From a virus, in IMG/VR virus record IMGVR_UViG_3300035670_013167, positions 32,001-96,000 of that record: DNA of 64,000 bases; one strand, given 5' to 3'. A program made the translations under genes and the position numbers. The notes beneath the pieces were generated by a model. The model was not told the DNA's origin and ran no database searches. It saw only the letters and a list, made by a program, of their open reading frames with translations. Shown one piece after another: positions 29,757 to 39,689 of this stretch. Within the stretch, counting starts at the first letter, position 1; every line of letters starts with the position of its first letter.

Positions 29757-29761
29757 CTAAA

Positions 29762-29930
29762 TGGGCCTTTCCTAAAGCGATCCTTTGGGCTTCGAACCCA
29801 TCAGTCCCAAAAGACAGGATCAATAATGAGGTAGTTCATCGAATTTATCAACTCAGTCGGCACCACCTCAAACCGCTATGGTTTTATCCATAAGTAGGGC
29901 TTTAATGTGTCACATTTGCCTGATCAGGTC
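29762..29930 (-). ncRNA. Candidate structured leader RNA upstream of thyA
   Basis: Promoter TTGATT-16-TATAAT (29935-29962); four stem domains; T-loop-like GGGTTCGAAGCCC. Confidence 0.55.
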
Positions 29931-30062
29931 ATCTATTATATTGTTTTTATATAATTAATCAATCCAAGTATTATTTCAAAAAACTTCCACAATCCCAAAG
30001 GAAGTAATATTAACCAAGTATAAAAAACAAACAACATAAAATTAATTACTATATTTGCTCTA

Positions 30063-30755
30063 TCATTTTTCAATTTCTTGAACATAATTAATTTCTACAA
30101 TTCCATTTTTTATCAACAAATAAGAACAAGGATTTTCAGTCCAACATCCGCTATTATAATAATGAACTTTTTCAGAATTATCACAAGTTGCAAAATGACT
30201 GTGTCCGCAACAAATAATATCGCACTTTTTAGCAAAACAATACTCTTTCGCTCTTTTGCAAATTTGCTCAGAACACCTTAGAAAAGTCTTGCTGTTTCTT
30301 TTGGCCAATCTAGACCAATAGAAATCTTTATCAATTTTTTGTAAAAATCTGTAGATGTTGTCTGCTATTTTTGTTAGTCTTGGATATTTCGATATAAAAT
30401 TATCAAATATATCGCCATGAATAATTAGTATTTTTTTATCTCCGCTTGTAAAGCAATATTCGCTTACAAAGTCAACTCCTATTAAATGAGAAATAATTTC
30501 AGAAGGGCCGTCATGATTACCGTTTATCCATATAACTTTTAATATTTTAGATAATTTTCTTATATCAGATAATATCTTCCATTGATTTTTTCTTAGTTTT
30601 CTAAAATCCCAACTATCAAATAAATCTCCGTTGATAACTAATTTTTTAGAAGGTATTTCTTGAGATTGTATTTTCTGTAGAAAATCAATAAGATTTTTAG
30701 ATTGACATACGTTACTGCCCAAATGAATATCACTAATTATTATTGCGTCGTTCAT
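30063..30755 (-). CDS. Calcineurin-like metallophosphoesterase (LpxH-like)
   Basis: SDIHLG, GDLFD, GNHD, HGD, GHSH, NSGCW. Confidence 0.88.
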   Translation of the reverse strand: MNDAIIISDIHLGSNVCQSKNLIDFLQKIQSQEIPSKKLVINGDLFDSWDFRKLRKNQWKILSDIRKLSKILKVIWINGNHDGPSEIISHLIGVDFVSEYCFTSGDKKILIIHGDIFDNFISKYPRLTKIADNIYRFLQKIDKDFYWSRLAKRNSKTFLRCSEQICKRAKEYCFAKKCDIICCGHSHFATCDNSEKVHYYNSGCWTENPCSYLLIKNGIVEINYVQEIEK

Positions 30756-30900
30756 TTTTCTTTTCTTTGGGCCATTTTCTTCTAACTAGTCCAATTCCAA
30801 CGGGCATTTTATAAGGAGCAATATCTCCAACTCCTCCTGTGGGTACAGAAGACATTGTTCCAGATTCTAATAATTTTAGCCATTCTTTAAAAGATTTCAA
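30733..30900 (-). CDS. Small protein not in ORF track (TTG start, MKSFKEWLKLLE)
   Basis: SD GGAGG; shared N-terminal motif. Confidence 0.55.
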   Translation of the reverse strand: MKSFKEWLKLLESGTMSSVPTGGVGDIAPYKMPVGIGLVRRKWPKEKKNERRNNN

Positions 30901-31280
30901 ACTATTCCTCCCATACTAGGATCAGCTTGTGGTTGGTCTTGCCCTTGCATTATTAATTTTTGAAGATCATCCATAGAAATCAAAAACTTTTCATCTGATC
31001 TTGGTTTAACTTTTTTATCATCTACATAATTAATATTTTTAATTTTCGGATCATTTATTTGTTTCACCAAAACATGAGTAATTTTTCCATTATCATTTTT
31101 TTTAAAATCTAAAATTGAATAAGGGCCTATATTAGTAATATTAGAGCCAAACGAAAAAAAAGAGGCTACTTTAGGGTCTTTTTTAAAATCATCCGGGTGT
31201 ATGCCGAGTTGGTCTCTTAGAGCAGAAAAATAATCTTCTTCTTCGTTTTTCAAAAAATTACTAAAAGATAAATTGTTCAT
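30897..31280 (-). CDS. Hypothetical protein
   Basis: 127-aa ORF. Confidence 0.6.
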   Translation of the reverse strand: MNNLSFSNFLKNEEEDYFSALRDQLGIHPDDFKKDPKVASFFSFGSNITNIGPYSILDFKKNDNGKITHVLVKQINDPKIKNINYVDDKKVKPRSDEKFLISMDDLQKLIMQGQDQPQADPSMGGIV

Positions 31281-31309
31281 AATTAATATATATGATCGGA
31301 GGCTTTTTT

Positions 31310-31699
31310 ATGAATTCACCAAATTTTTCTAATTTTAGACAATTATTAGACTTATGGGATAATAAAAAAACTGATTTCAATAAAAAATGTTTTATGGAAG
31401 ATAATAATTTAGTTTTTTTCTTCAAGAAAGACAAAACTTTATACGGAGCCTCAGAAAACAGCAGATTAGTCTTCGCAAGAATGAAAAATCCAGAACCAGA
31501 AGATAAAAAATGGAGCAAAGATGCAACGTTTTCGGCATATAATTTAGAAGAAGAAAAGCCAAATGAAATAGTTTTTGGAGAAAAAGATTTAGATAAAATC
31601 AAAGTAATGGACCAAGAAAAAGCAGAAAAAGAATTAGATAAAAAAGGCAAAAAAATGCCTTCAATGAGCGATTCAAATGACTCTGTAGAAGAAAAGTGA
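31310..31699 (+). CDS. Hypothetical protein
   Basis: SD GGAGG before ATG 31310. Confidence 0.6.
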   Translation: MNSPNFSNFRQLLDLWDNKKTDFNKKCFMEDNNLVFFFKKDKTLYGASENSRLVFARMKNPEPEDKKWSKDATFSAYNLEEEKPNEIVFGEKDLDKIKVMDQEKAEKELDKKGKKMPSMSDSNDSVEEK

Positions 31700-31700
31700 A

Positions 31701-32357
31701 TTAACTTTTATATAATTCAATATCTTTTTTACTTAATTTTATAAATTTTTCTTCTTTTATTCTTTCGTAAAATTCATAATCTAATCTATAGAAATCATTT
31801 AGTTCACGAAGCTTTTCTTGATTTGAAGGAAAATAATCTATTTTTATTTTTTTACCTTCTATAATTTGTGTCAGATGTCCAGAATTGTCCTGTTTAAGTT
31901 CAAAATTTTCTAATTTAGTGACTTTATTCAAATCTTCAATCAAGCTATTCCACTCTCCAAACAAATAAACATTAGTATTTTCAGTAAAAAAATCAGTTTG
32001 CGGCCTAATATGATTATGATGAATTCCTCTTTGTTTTTTCACAGATCTCATAACATTATCTAAATAATTATAAAAATCATTTTCTGTTCTGTTGGAAATC
32101 CAGTAGCCGCCCCATCTAAAAGCACTAAATATTCTTTCTAACGGATGTCTAAAAAAAGCAAAAGAGAAATCAATTTTAATTTCATTTAATAATTTTTTTA
32201 ATGCAGGCTCTTCCGGAACACTATGATGTTTTACTTGAGGATCTTTTGAAAACTCTTCAAAACCATTTCTTAAAAGCAAATTTTTAATGCTGGTTCCGGC
32301 CGTTTTTGGAATGTGCCAAAAAAATATTCCAGTTTCATCTTTAGTGTAATACGGCAT
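31701..32357 (-). CDS. Sulfotransferase family 2 protein
   Basis: HIPKTAGTS, RHPLERIFSAF, HIRPQ, FYRLDYE. Confidence 0.85.
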   Translation of the reverse strand: MPYYTKDETGIFFWHIPKTAGTSIKNLLLRNGFEEFSKDPQVKHHSVPEEPALKKLLNEIKIDFSFAFFRHPLERIFSAFRWGGYWISNRTENDFYNYLDNVMRSVKKQRGIHHNHIRPQTDFFTENTNVYLFGEWNSLIEDLNKVTKLENFELKQDNSGHLTQIIEGKKIKIDYFPSNQEKLRELNDFYRLDYEFYERIKEEKFIKLSKKDIELYKS

Positions 32358-32382
32358 ACAAATCCTCCTTGATAAGTTTTAA

Positions 32383-32535
32383 TTAAATTTTATTAAACAG
32401 TTCTTTAGGATAATAATACTCTTCTAAATTTTCATCTAAAATTAGATAAAAACAATCATGCTCTTTAGCTTCGTATTCTTTGTTTAATTCCAAAGAAGCA
32501 GGATAATAATCATTATTAATACAAATAACTTTCAT
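32383..32535 (-). CDS. Small hypothetical protein (MKVICINN...)
   Basis: TATAAATA-N5-ATG. Confidence 0.55.
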   Translation of the reverse strand: MKVICINNDYYPASLELNKEYEAKEHDCFYLILDENLEEYYYPKELFNKI

Positions 32536-32557
32536 AATAGTATTTATACATATAAAT

Positions 32558-33223
32558 ATGAATCTTCCTTTTGAAAACACCAATATAAGAAAATACCAAT
32601 GCTTTTGCTGCGGATTAGAATTTACAGACTACGAAGAATTTAAGATGCATATAATAGAAAATCATGACGAAGGAAGAGAGTATATCGTTTGCCCTTTAGA
32701 ACATTGCAAAGCTCCTGTTCGAGATTTAAAAATGCATTTTAAATCAAAACATCCAAGTTTTAATTTCAATAATATAAAAGGCCAACACAAAGCAATGGTG
32801 TGGCATGATTTTTCTAGTAAAGGGAAAAAGAAAACAAAAAAACCAAAATTTAAACAAGGCAAATACCAATCAACAAAAACAGGAAAAGTATTGCCATATA
32901 GATCTGGCATGGAAGAAAAAGTTTATAAATTATTAGATAGACATGAAGACGTAGCCTCTTTTGACTACGAACCGTTTCAAGTTGACTATATTCACCAAGG
33001 ACAAGCCCACAAATACATACCTGATATATTCGTTACTTTTTTAGATGGTCACAGAGAATTGTGGGAAGTTAAGCCGTCAAGTCAAACGCATTTAGAAGTA
33101 AATAAAAACAAATGGTTCGCAGCTAATGAAGCTTGCAAAATTAGAGGATGGAATTTCGAAGTATATACAGAAAAAAAAATCGAACAACTTGAAAAAAAAA
33201 TAAGAAGTCAAATTATAGACTAA
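32558..33223 (+). CDS. TnsA-like / T4 gp4-like PD-(D/E)xK endonuclease with two C2H2 zinc fingers
   Basis: YRSGME, YIPDIFV, EVKP; CxxC..H..H and CPxxxC..H..H. Confidence 0.8.
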   Translation: MNLPFENTNIRKYQCFCCGLEFTDYEEFKMHIIENHDEGREYIVCPLEHCKAPVRDLKMHFKSKHPSFNFNNIKGQHKAMVWHDFSSKGKKKTKKPKFKQGKYQSTKTGKVLPYRSGMEEKVYKLLDRHEDVASFDYEPFQVDYIHQGQAHKYIPDIFVTFLDGHRELWEVKPSSQTHLEVNKNKWFAANEACKIRGWNFEVYTEKKIEQLEKKIRSQIID

Positions 33224-33809
33224 ATTTATTTAATATTAAATTATCAATTTTATTATATAAATCTTGCAAAGATCCATTGTTGATTATAAAAAAATCAATA
33301 TATTCGCAACCTTTTGAAGATCCTGTTTTGTTTATTTGACTAACATCTCCTTCAATATTTTGAGATATGTACCAATTCAAAACTGGTCTGATTTGAGCTT
33401 CTGACTGGTTGGGGTCGTCGTTCTCAAATCCAGGCCTCCATACTAAGATATTAACTCCTCCCCTTTCCTTAATTCTTGATAACTCATTTATATATCTCGC
33501 GTCCATGTAGCAACAATTATCAGGATTGTTTTTTACCGCGTATTCTACCCAAACATCAGAATAAATTTGCCTGAAGCCATCTCCTATAAATTGCAAAGCT
33601 TGTCTTACATTTTTATTAAATAATTTAGGAGGTTCTGTTTTTGTTTTCCACTGTTCAACAAAATCTATATCAACACCAAAAGCATCGCAAAATATCTTTT
33701 TTACCGGTGTGGCAAAAGAAACAGGAATATAATTAATTTTTTTACAAATATATTCGCCTATCTCATTTTTGCCGTTTCGCATTTGACCAGCAATGGCAAT
33801 CATTTTCAT
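33213..33809 (-). CDS. Deoxynucleoside monophosphate kinase
   Basis: GQMRNGK, FATPVK, RQALQFIG, DARYINE; promoter TTGAAT-17-TATAAT and SD place the start at 33809. Confidence 0.85.
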   Translation of the reverse strand: MKMIAIAGQMRNGKNEIGEYICKKINYIPVSFATPVKKIFCDAFGVDIDFVEQWKTKTEPPKLFNKNVRQALQFIGDGFRQIYSDVWVEYAVKNNPDNCCYMDARYINELSRIKERGGVNILVWRPGFENDDPNQSEAQIRPVLNWYISQNIEGDVSQINKTGSSKGCEYIDFFIINNGSLQDLYNKIDNLILNKFSL

Positions 33810-33878
33810 AATAAAACCTCTTAAATTAATTATACCATCTATAAAGAAAACATTCAATACTTTTTACTCTATTATCAA

Positions 33879-34139
33879 GTGAAAAAAACAATGCAAAAAA
33901 TTTGTAAAAATTGCCGACTATTTAATAAAGAAAAAGAAACATGCGGAGTTGCTATTTTGTACGAGGGAAGGCAATACCACATGCCAGTAGCTCCACATGA
34001 TTCCTGCCACATGGAAGAATTAGGAATCGAAGTAAACCAAGTTCGATGGTGGGTAGAAGATGAAACCGGAAATCCTACAAATGGAAACGGAGTTGTAAAA
34101 ATAGAATATCCAGAAAATTTTTTTGGTAAAAATTTATGA
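33879..34139 (+). CDS. Hypothetical Cys-containing protein
   Basis: CKNC...C...C; coupled to next gene. Confidence 0.6.
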   Translation: MKKTMQKICKNCRLFNKEKETCGVAILYEGRQYHMPVAPHDSCHMEELGIEVNQVRWWVEDETGNPTNGNGVVKIEYPENFFGKNL

Positions 34140-36037
34140 GCGATTGTAATTTAACAGCTAATTGTGACGGAACAGGCGATGGAGGCTGTTTTATAGATTG
34201 CTGCAATATTGTTTGCCCTCCAGAAAACCCCTGTGCAGAAATAATATTAAAATATTATTGCCAACCAATAGGAGCATGTTGTCAACCAGATAGTCAAGAT
34301 TGTTATAGAACAACTCAATGCCAATGCGAGGCAAACGGAGGAACTTACGAAGGAGATGGAAGCAAATGCGAACCGGACAATCCTTGCGCAAAATGCGTTC
34401 CTCCATGTGACCCAAATTTATGTTTAGAATGTATGCCTGTAGAGTGTACTCCCAATCCTGATTTAGCAACATGGTGCACAGATGCATCCAGTCCAAACAA
34501 CCCTTGTGGCGGAAAACCTGGCAATTGGATAAGTGATCTAACTATCGAGAATGGTTGTGGAAAATGCGTTTGTCCATGTGACGATTGCAATTATGTTTGT
34601 CAAAATGGCCAATGCATAGATGTTGGAGGAGGAAATGGAAATTATAGAACACTAAACGATTGCTTGTCTGATTGTGGGACTCCTTTCTTTGAAGGAATAA
34701 ATATTCAAGCAATATTGAGATATGAATGCAAGTCCTATTGCGATGCTGACCTTAATGAAGTTTGCTGTTTTGGAATTTGCTGTCCAGAAAATAGCGTTTG
34801 TTGCGATGATGGAACTTGCTGTCTAGAAGGAGAAACTTGTTGCTACGACGAAGAAACCGCATCTTATTCTTGTTGCAGAGTGGGAGAAAGTTGCTGTAAC
34901 GGTAGTTGTTGTCCCGCAGATAAACCGGTTTGTTGTGGAGATGGAACATGTTGTTCTGAGGGACAAACATGTTGTTTAGACGAAGGATCAGGAACATATA
35001 CATGTTGCAATCCAGGAGAAGTTTGCTGTGGAGGAACTTGCTGTCCAGCTGGCAATAATTGCTGCACAGAAAGCACAACAAGCCCGCCTTATTGTTCACC
35101 AGATCCTTGCCCAATACCCGGATGTATGCATCCTGGTTCTCCGAGCTATAATCCTGCGGCGACATGTGATGATGGAAGTTGTAGAACATGTTGCAATGCA
35201 GGTCTTTGCGTAGTTTTTGACGAAGATAATGCGGCAAATTGTAACGATGTAGGGAATGGATGTTGCGACAACTTCTGTGAAACCGCAAACGACTGCTCTC
35301 CGACTTACAACACAAGTCCAGGTCAACTAACGAGTTGCGACAAAGACTTTGATGGAACTCCTTTTATAAATGAGTATCCAGCTTGCACAGAAAGCAATGA
35401 TTGTATTCAAGGATATTTAGATCCAAATATATTCTCAGAATTAGAAAAAAATACAGAAAATTATAATAATTCTCAAGTAGTTACATATAACACCGAGGAG
35501 AACGAAGTTTTTAATCAACATAATTTAGAAACTTATCAAACAATTAAAGAATATGACTTTTCAATGTTGAATTCTTGTGCATGTGTTTGCCCAGATCCGC
35601 CTAGCTATATGGGATTTAAATTAAATTATAAAAATATAAAAATATTAAATGCAGCTTGTACAGAAAATACAATAACTATAACAACAGACTACGAATGCGG
35701 ATTGACAGGAGAAAAAACAGTTTCTTTAGCCCCTTGTTGTTGCGAGGGAAGTTTCGACACAAACACGTACACAGTCAGTGCAAGCTCTAGTGGAGACTGT
35801 TTAGAGTTTGAATGGGACGATACTAATATAAAAATTGGCGAAGCTAGAACAATCACAGTAACAATAAACGAAGATTGTGAATGTGTTTTTTGTGGGGCAG
35901 AGTGCGTTCCTCAAAACTCGCCATTTATTAAAAAAATAAAAGGAAATAAAATAAAATTATATTCCGACAAACAAGAAATCCAAAAAAGAATAAATATGAT
36001 CAAAAAACAAATAATCAAAAATAATAAAAAAAATTAA
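34136..36037 (+). CDS. Extremely Cys-rich repeat protein
   Basis: Many CC doublets with 4-9 residue spacing. Confidence 0.75.
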   Translation: MSDCNLTANCDGTGDGGCFIDCCNIVCPPENPCAEIILKYYCQPIGACCQPDSQDCYRTTQCQCEANGGTYEGDGSKCEPDNPCAKCVPPCDPNLCLECMPVECTPNPDLATWCTDASSPNNPCGGKPGNWISDLTIENGCGKCVCPCDDCNYVCQNGQCIDVGGGNGNYRTLNDCLSDCGTPFFEGINIQAILRYECKSYCDADLNEVCCFGICCPENSVCCDDGTCCLEGETCCYDEETASYSCCRVGESCCNGSCCPADKPVCCGDGTCCSEGQTCCLDEGSGTYTCCNPGEVCCGGTCCPAGNNCCTESTTSPPYCSPDPCPIPGCMHPGSPSYNPAATCDDGSCRTCCNAGLCVVFDEDNAANCNDVGNGCCDNFCETANDCSPTYNTSPGQLTSCDKDFDGTPFINEYPACTESNDCIQGYLDPNIFSELEKNTENYNNSQVVTYNTEENEVFNQHNLETYQTIKEYDFSMLNSCACVCPDPPSYMGFKLNYKNIKILNAACTENTITITTDYECGLTGEKTVSLAPCCCEGSFDTNTYTVSASSSGDCLEFEWDDTNIKIGEARTITVTINEDCECVFCGAECVPQNSPFIKKIKGNKIKLYSDKQEIQKRINMIKKQIIKNNKKN

Positions 36038-39000
36038 ACATTTTTTGAACATTCTATTATTTCCAATATTTTTTCTTCTTTCATATTTAACACCTGCTTA
36101 ACTTTATCAAAATTTCCAACTAAATCTTTAGGAACTCTGAATCCTGCTGCGTATAACTTTTCGGCTCGTGCCTTTCCTATATTAGGAATTTTACATAAAT
36201 TAACAAGCTCGGCCCTAACGCCATACGCAATTCTTAGTGAAAGAGTCTTAAAATAATTTTTTTTATTCCATTTTGCAGCCATATTATCCAAAGCGTTCAA
36301 TACCGAAGCGGCCCTTTCAAAATCTAATTGCAACCCCCTAGAAAGAGAATTGAATGGTCCAGGATCTTTGCCTCGCAACAAACAAAAATAAGCATAGCCG
36401 CCTTTTACCGAAGAATCTAAATAAACGTCTCCGAAACTTTTCTTAATTACACTCAAATAATCAGACATTTCTTCTTTTTCATTTTTAGTAACAAACCCCA
36501 TCCTTATAGAATCAATATTTCCCAATGCCATAGAAAGAGCATAATCATTATTTTCTAAGTTTTTCATAAACAAAAATCTAAAATTTCTTCTTAGATCAGA
36601 AACATCAAAGGGGCTATAGTAAAACATACTAGAAACTTTGCCTATTGATGTGGCCTCATAAATTCCATCAACTTCTTTAATAGCTCCAACCTGCATTAAT
36701 AATTCTAACGTTTTATCAACAACAGAATCATCAAGATCAACGGCTTGAAATCTTGCCAAAGATCTTTCGTACCAATTATGGATATCCTCTATTGTTTTTA
36801 TTTCGCCATGATGTATTTCACTAACAAGATGAAAAGCTAAAGTTTTATAATGAGGATTATCTTCATCTCCAATATAATTTAATAACTGAGAATTGATTTC
36901 TTGAGGAATTGATAATCTGTCTATATGATGATCAGATGATCTGTCCGGCACAAGAACATAAACATCTCCTTTTGGATCGTATCCTACTCTTCCGGCTCTG
37001 CCTGCCATTTGCATAATGTCGTAGGTGTCCACTTCTGTGGTTCCTCTATGCACCCCGGTGATGACAACTCTTCTTGCTGGAAAATTGCAGTTATGAGACA
37101 CAACACCGCCACCAACATAATTATGATATTTATCCACCTCAATATCATACATCTCCTGATTTTCATCTTTATAAATAATATTAATAATTTTAGAAAACTT
37201 AATATTTGAATTTAAAATATTTGTTAGACTAGACTGAATTGGATATCTTTCTGTTATTTTTCTACAAGTAGATCTTTTCAAGTCTTGTTTATTTAAACAA
37301 TTCCACAAATCAACATTAAAATTATCTTTCAAAAATTTGCATTTAAGATTAACTTTATTTTTTTCAAAGTGATCAATAATAAGATTCCTAACAGGAATAA
37401 TATCTTTTTCCTCTGGCAATTTGCCCAAAGAACAAACATAATCTCCATAAGATTTTTTATTTTTGTTTCTAAAGCCTATTGACTTGATAAAATTTATTAT
37501 TTGATAGTTATAAATCCTAACTCTATAAATATAGTCTCTTCTTGATTTTTGCAATCTTTCTTTTATGATAACATCTTTCATTTTTTTTCTACCAACACAC
37601 GAACGAACGCCAAAAAATAATAAAATTTGTTGAACTTGCTGAACAAGTTTTTTAGAAATAGATGAAAATTCTATAGAAACTTGACCGTTCCCATGAGAAG
37701 AAAACCCCCCATCAGTATCAAATAAGCCTTGAATCAAACCTTTCAAAAATTCTGGATCTTTTCTTCTCAAAGAAACAATGTCCATTTTATGTTTGTTTCT
37801 GCCTGGTTCGAAACAATTAAAGAAATCAACTAGTTTTCTTTTTTTTGAAACCAAATGAAAAACACCAAAAGAATCTTTTCTAGGTCCATTAATTTCTTCG
37901 AGTAGCGTTTTTTTAAATAATTCCTTAATGTAATAACAGTGATTTAATTCATCAGAACCAAATGCTATGTCCATTACCACTTTATCGGTTTTGTCAGCAT
38001 ATTTGCCGCATTTTGATTTACATCCGTCTCCCATAACATAACCAACCAAATATCCATAATCGTCAGATTCAATATCGTCCCAAATCTTAATTTCTGCTGG
38101 GGTTGCTATATAATCTCCAATTTTATATTTATTTGCACTGAAGTAGTCGGGAGTTTTTCTATCGACAGCACCAAAAAACTTATGATCTTCACTTACTTTA
38201 AAGTTTTCTCCAGAATTCAAAGTAATTTCTATTGTTTTCTTAACTTTTTTAATTCCAGTTCTTAAAACTTTACAAGGTTTAAATCCATTTTCTGTCATTG
38301 ACATTACACTGTCTCCGACTAAAATATTTTCTATATATTCAATTCCGTTTTCGGTTAATACTAAAGTTCCTTTTTCATAACAGCCCCATGCAAGAGTACT
38401 AGTTGCTATTATGACTCTTAGACTTCCATTTTTAAATTTATTTTCTACTTCATTTCTTTTTTCTTTTTCTAAATCGGCATTGTGCAATTCAGATTCTATG
38501 TTTAACTGATCTAGATGTTTTTTTATTTTTTGACCAGTGTTTTTAGAATGAACAAAAACTAAAAATTTATCATCTTTGTATTTTCTTAATATCTCAACAG
38601 CCTTATCTATTTTATTATCTTCTTTCATTTCGTATGTTCCTTGGTCTTCGTATTCCTCATAATGAATAGAAAGAGGGCAAGGCCTATACTTAGAATTAAT
38701 TAAATAAGTTTTCTTTTTAGTTAAAGCTTTAGCAAGCCATTCCGAAATTTCATAAACATTAGGCATAGTGGCTGATAAGCCAACTATTCTACAATCTGGA
38801 TTAATTTTTGCGAATTTCATTAAGCCAACTTCTAAATGATCTCCTCTGCCCGGGACCGTTAATAAATGAAATTCATCTATAACCAAAGTCTTAACTTCTT
38901 TTAGCCAATCATTTTTTTCTGACTTATAATTTCTGCATTTTGAATTTAACATCTCAGAAGTCATTATTATGACATCTGAATCTTCCAAGTCTTTTTTTGT

Positions 39001-39345
39001 CTTCTCATTAAGAACGTAATCTCCAGTACATATAGCCAATTTCAAATCAGAAAAATGATGATTTGCATCAGTCCAATCGTCTATTTTTTCTTTGGCTAAA
39101 GCCTTGAGCGGGGCAAGATACATGACTTTTCCGCCCTTATTTCTAATCTGCTCAGCCATCATAATTTCTGAGCAGATTGTTTTGCCGGCAGAAGTTTTTG
39201 CAGCAACAACCAAATTGCAATCTTCTTTAAATATTTCACATATTCTACTTTGAACAGGATTAAATTTTTCAAAAGGAAATTTTGCATAAGGATATGCAGA
39301 AGTTTCAACTAAATCGTTTTGATCTTCTAATTCAATTACTTGCAT
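36034..39345 (-). CDS. Hel308/Ski2-like SF2 helicase, intein-containing
   Basis: FNPVQ, TSAGKT, PLKALAKE, DEFH, LSATM, TLAWG|CNFPA, QMAGRAGR, C-terminal HhH. Confidence 0.92.
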   Translation of the reverse strand: MQVIELEDQNDLVETSAYPYAKFPFEKFNPVQSRICEIFKEDCNLVVAAKTSAGKTICSEIMMAEQIRNKGGKVMYLAPLKALAKEKIDDWTDANHHFSDLKLAICTGDYVLNEKTKKDLEDSDVIIMTSEMLNSKCRNYKSEKNDWLKEVKTLVIDEFHLLTVPGRGDHLEVGLMKFAKINPDCRIVGLSATMPNVYEISEWLAKALTKKKTYLINSKYRPCPLSIHYEEYEDQGTYEMKEDNKIDKAVEILRKYKDDKFLVFVHSKNTGQKIKKHLDQLNIESELHNADLEKEKRNEVENKFKNGSLRVIIATSTLAWGCYEKGTLVLTENGIEYIENILVGDSVMSMTENGFKPCKVLRTGIKKVKKTIEITLNSGENFKVSEDHKFFGAVDRKTPDYFSANKYKIGDYIATPAEIKIWDDIESDDYGYLVGYVMGDGCKSKCGKYADKTDKVVMDIAFGSDELNHCYYIKELFKKTLLEEINGPRKDSFGVFHLVSKKRKLVDFFNCFEPGRNKHKMDIVSLRRKDPEFLKGLIQGLFDTDGGFSSHGNGQVSIEFSSISKKLVQQVQQILLFFGVRSCVGRKKMKDVIIKERLQKSRRDYIYRVRIYNYQIINFIKSIGFRNKNKKSYGDYVCSLGKLPEEKDIIPVRNLIIDHFEKNKVNLKCKFLKDNFNVDLWNCLNKQDLKRSTCRKITERYPIQSSLTNILNSNIKFSKIINIIYKDENQEMYDIEVDKYHNYVGGGVVSHNCNFPARRVVITGVHRGTTEVDTYDIMQMAGRAGRVGYDPKGDVYVLVPDRSSDHHIDRLSIPQEINSQLLNYIGDEDNPHYKTLAFHLVSEIHHGEIKTIEDIHNWYERSLARFQAVDLDDSVVDKTLELLMQVGAIKEVDGIYEATSIGKVSSMFYYSPFDVSDLRRNFRFLFMKNLENNDYALSMALGNIDSIRMGFVTKNEKEEMSDYLSVIKKSFGDVYLDSSVKGGYAYFCLLRGKDPGPFNSLSRGLQLDFERAASVLNALDNMAAKWNKKNYFKTLSLRIAYGVRAELVNLCKIPNIGKARAEKLYAAGFRVPKDLVGNFDKVKQVLNMKEEKILEIIECSKNV
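37090..38382 (-). mobile_element. Intein with LAGLIDADG endonuclease in helicase motif V (431 aa)
   Basis: AWG|CYEKGT, SEDH, LVGYVMGDG / IQGLFDTDG, VSHN|C. Confidence 0.92.
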
Positions 39346-39354
39346 TTTTTTAAA

Positions 39355-39393
39355 TAAAAAAGGGTGATATGATATATTATACCATATCACCCT
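39355..39393 (-). terminator. Intrinsic terminator-like hairpin
   Basis: AGGGTGATATG...CATATCACCCT followed by T run on minus strand. Confidence 0.65.
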
Positions 39394-39416
39394 CACACAT
39401 CAAAACGAGAGAATGG

Positions 39417-39689
39417 CTATTTTTTTTCTTTTGATTTTTGTCTTTTATTTTTTTCTATTTCAGATTGATCTTGAATAAGATCAACCTTATCAAACCAATC
39501 AAATGCAGATTTAGCCTGCATTAGCCACTTATCGATTTCTTTGTCTTTAGCAAACAAATAAGAAACATCGGCTCGATCTCCACTAACAGGTTGCGTTAGT
39601 CTTTCTACAATCAAATCCAATTCGTCATCAGAAAGACGACGAAGATACTCTTTTACTATCAAAGAATCTTGCTTAGAGTTTTTTTTCAT
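39417..39689 (-). CDS. Hypothetical protein
   Basis: Likely start MKKNSK. Confidence 0.55.
   Translation of the reverse strand: MKKNSKQDSLIVKEYLRRLSDDELDLIVERLTQPVSGDRADVSYLFAKDKEIDKWLMQAKSAFDWFDKVDLIQDQSEIEKNKRQKSKEKK

Noticed and set aside
29779-29821. tRNA gene
   Set aside because: T-loop-like motif present but only ~43 nt, no anticodon arm and no CCA; kept as an ncRNA candidate.
29827-29870. ZTP riboswitch or hammerhead ribozyme
   Set aside because: Has CGACUG but lacks the GUGG/CCAC stem and 3' CGCCUGGG; no CUGANGA...GAAA core.
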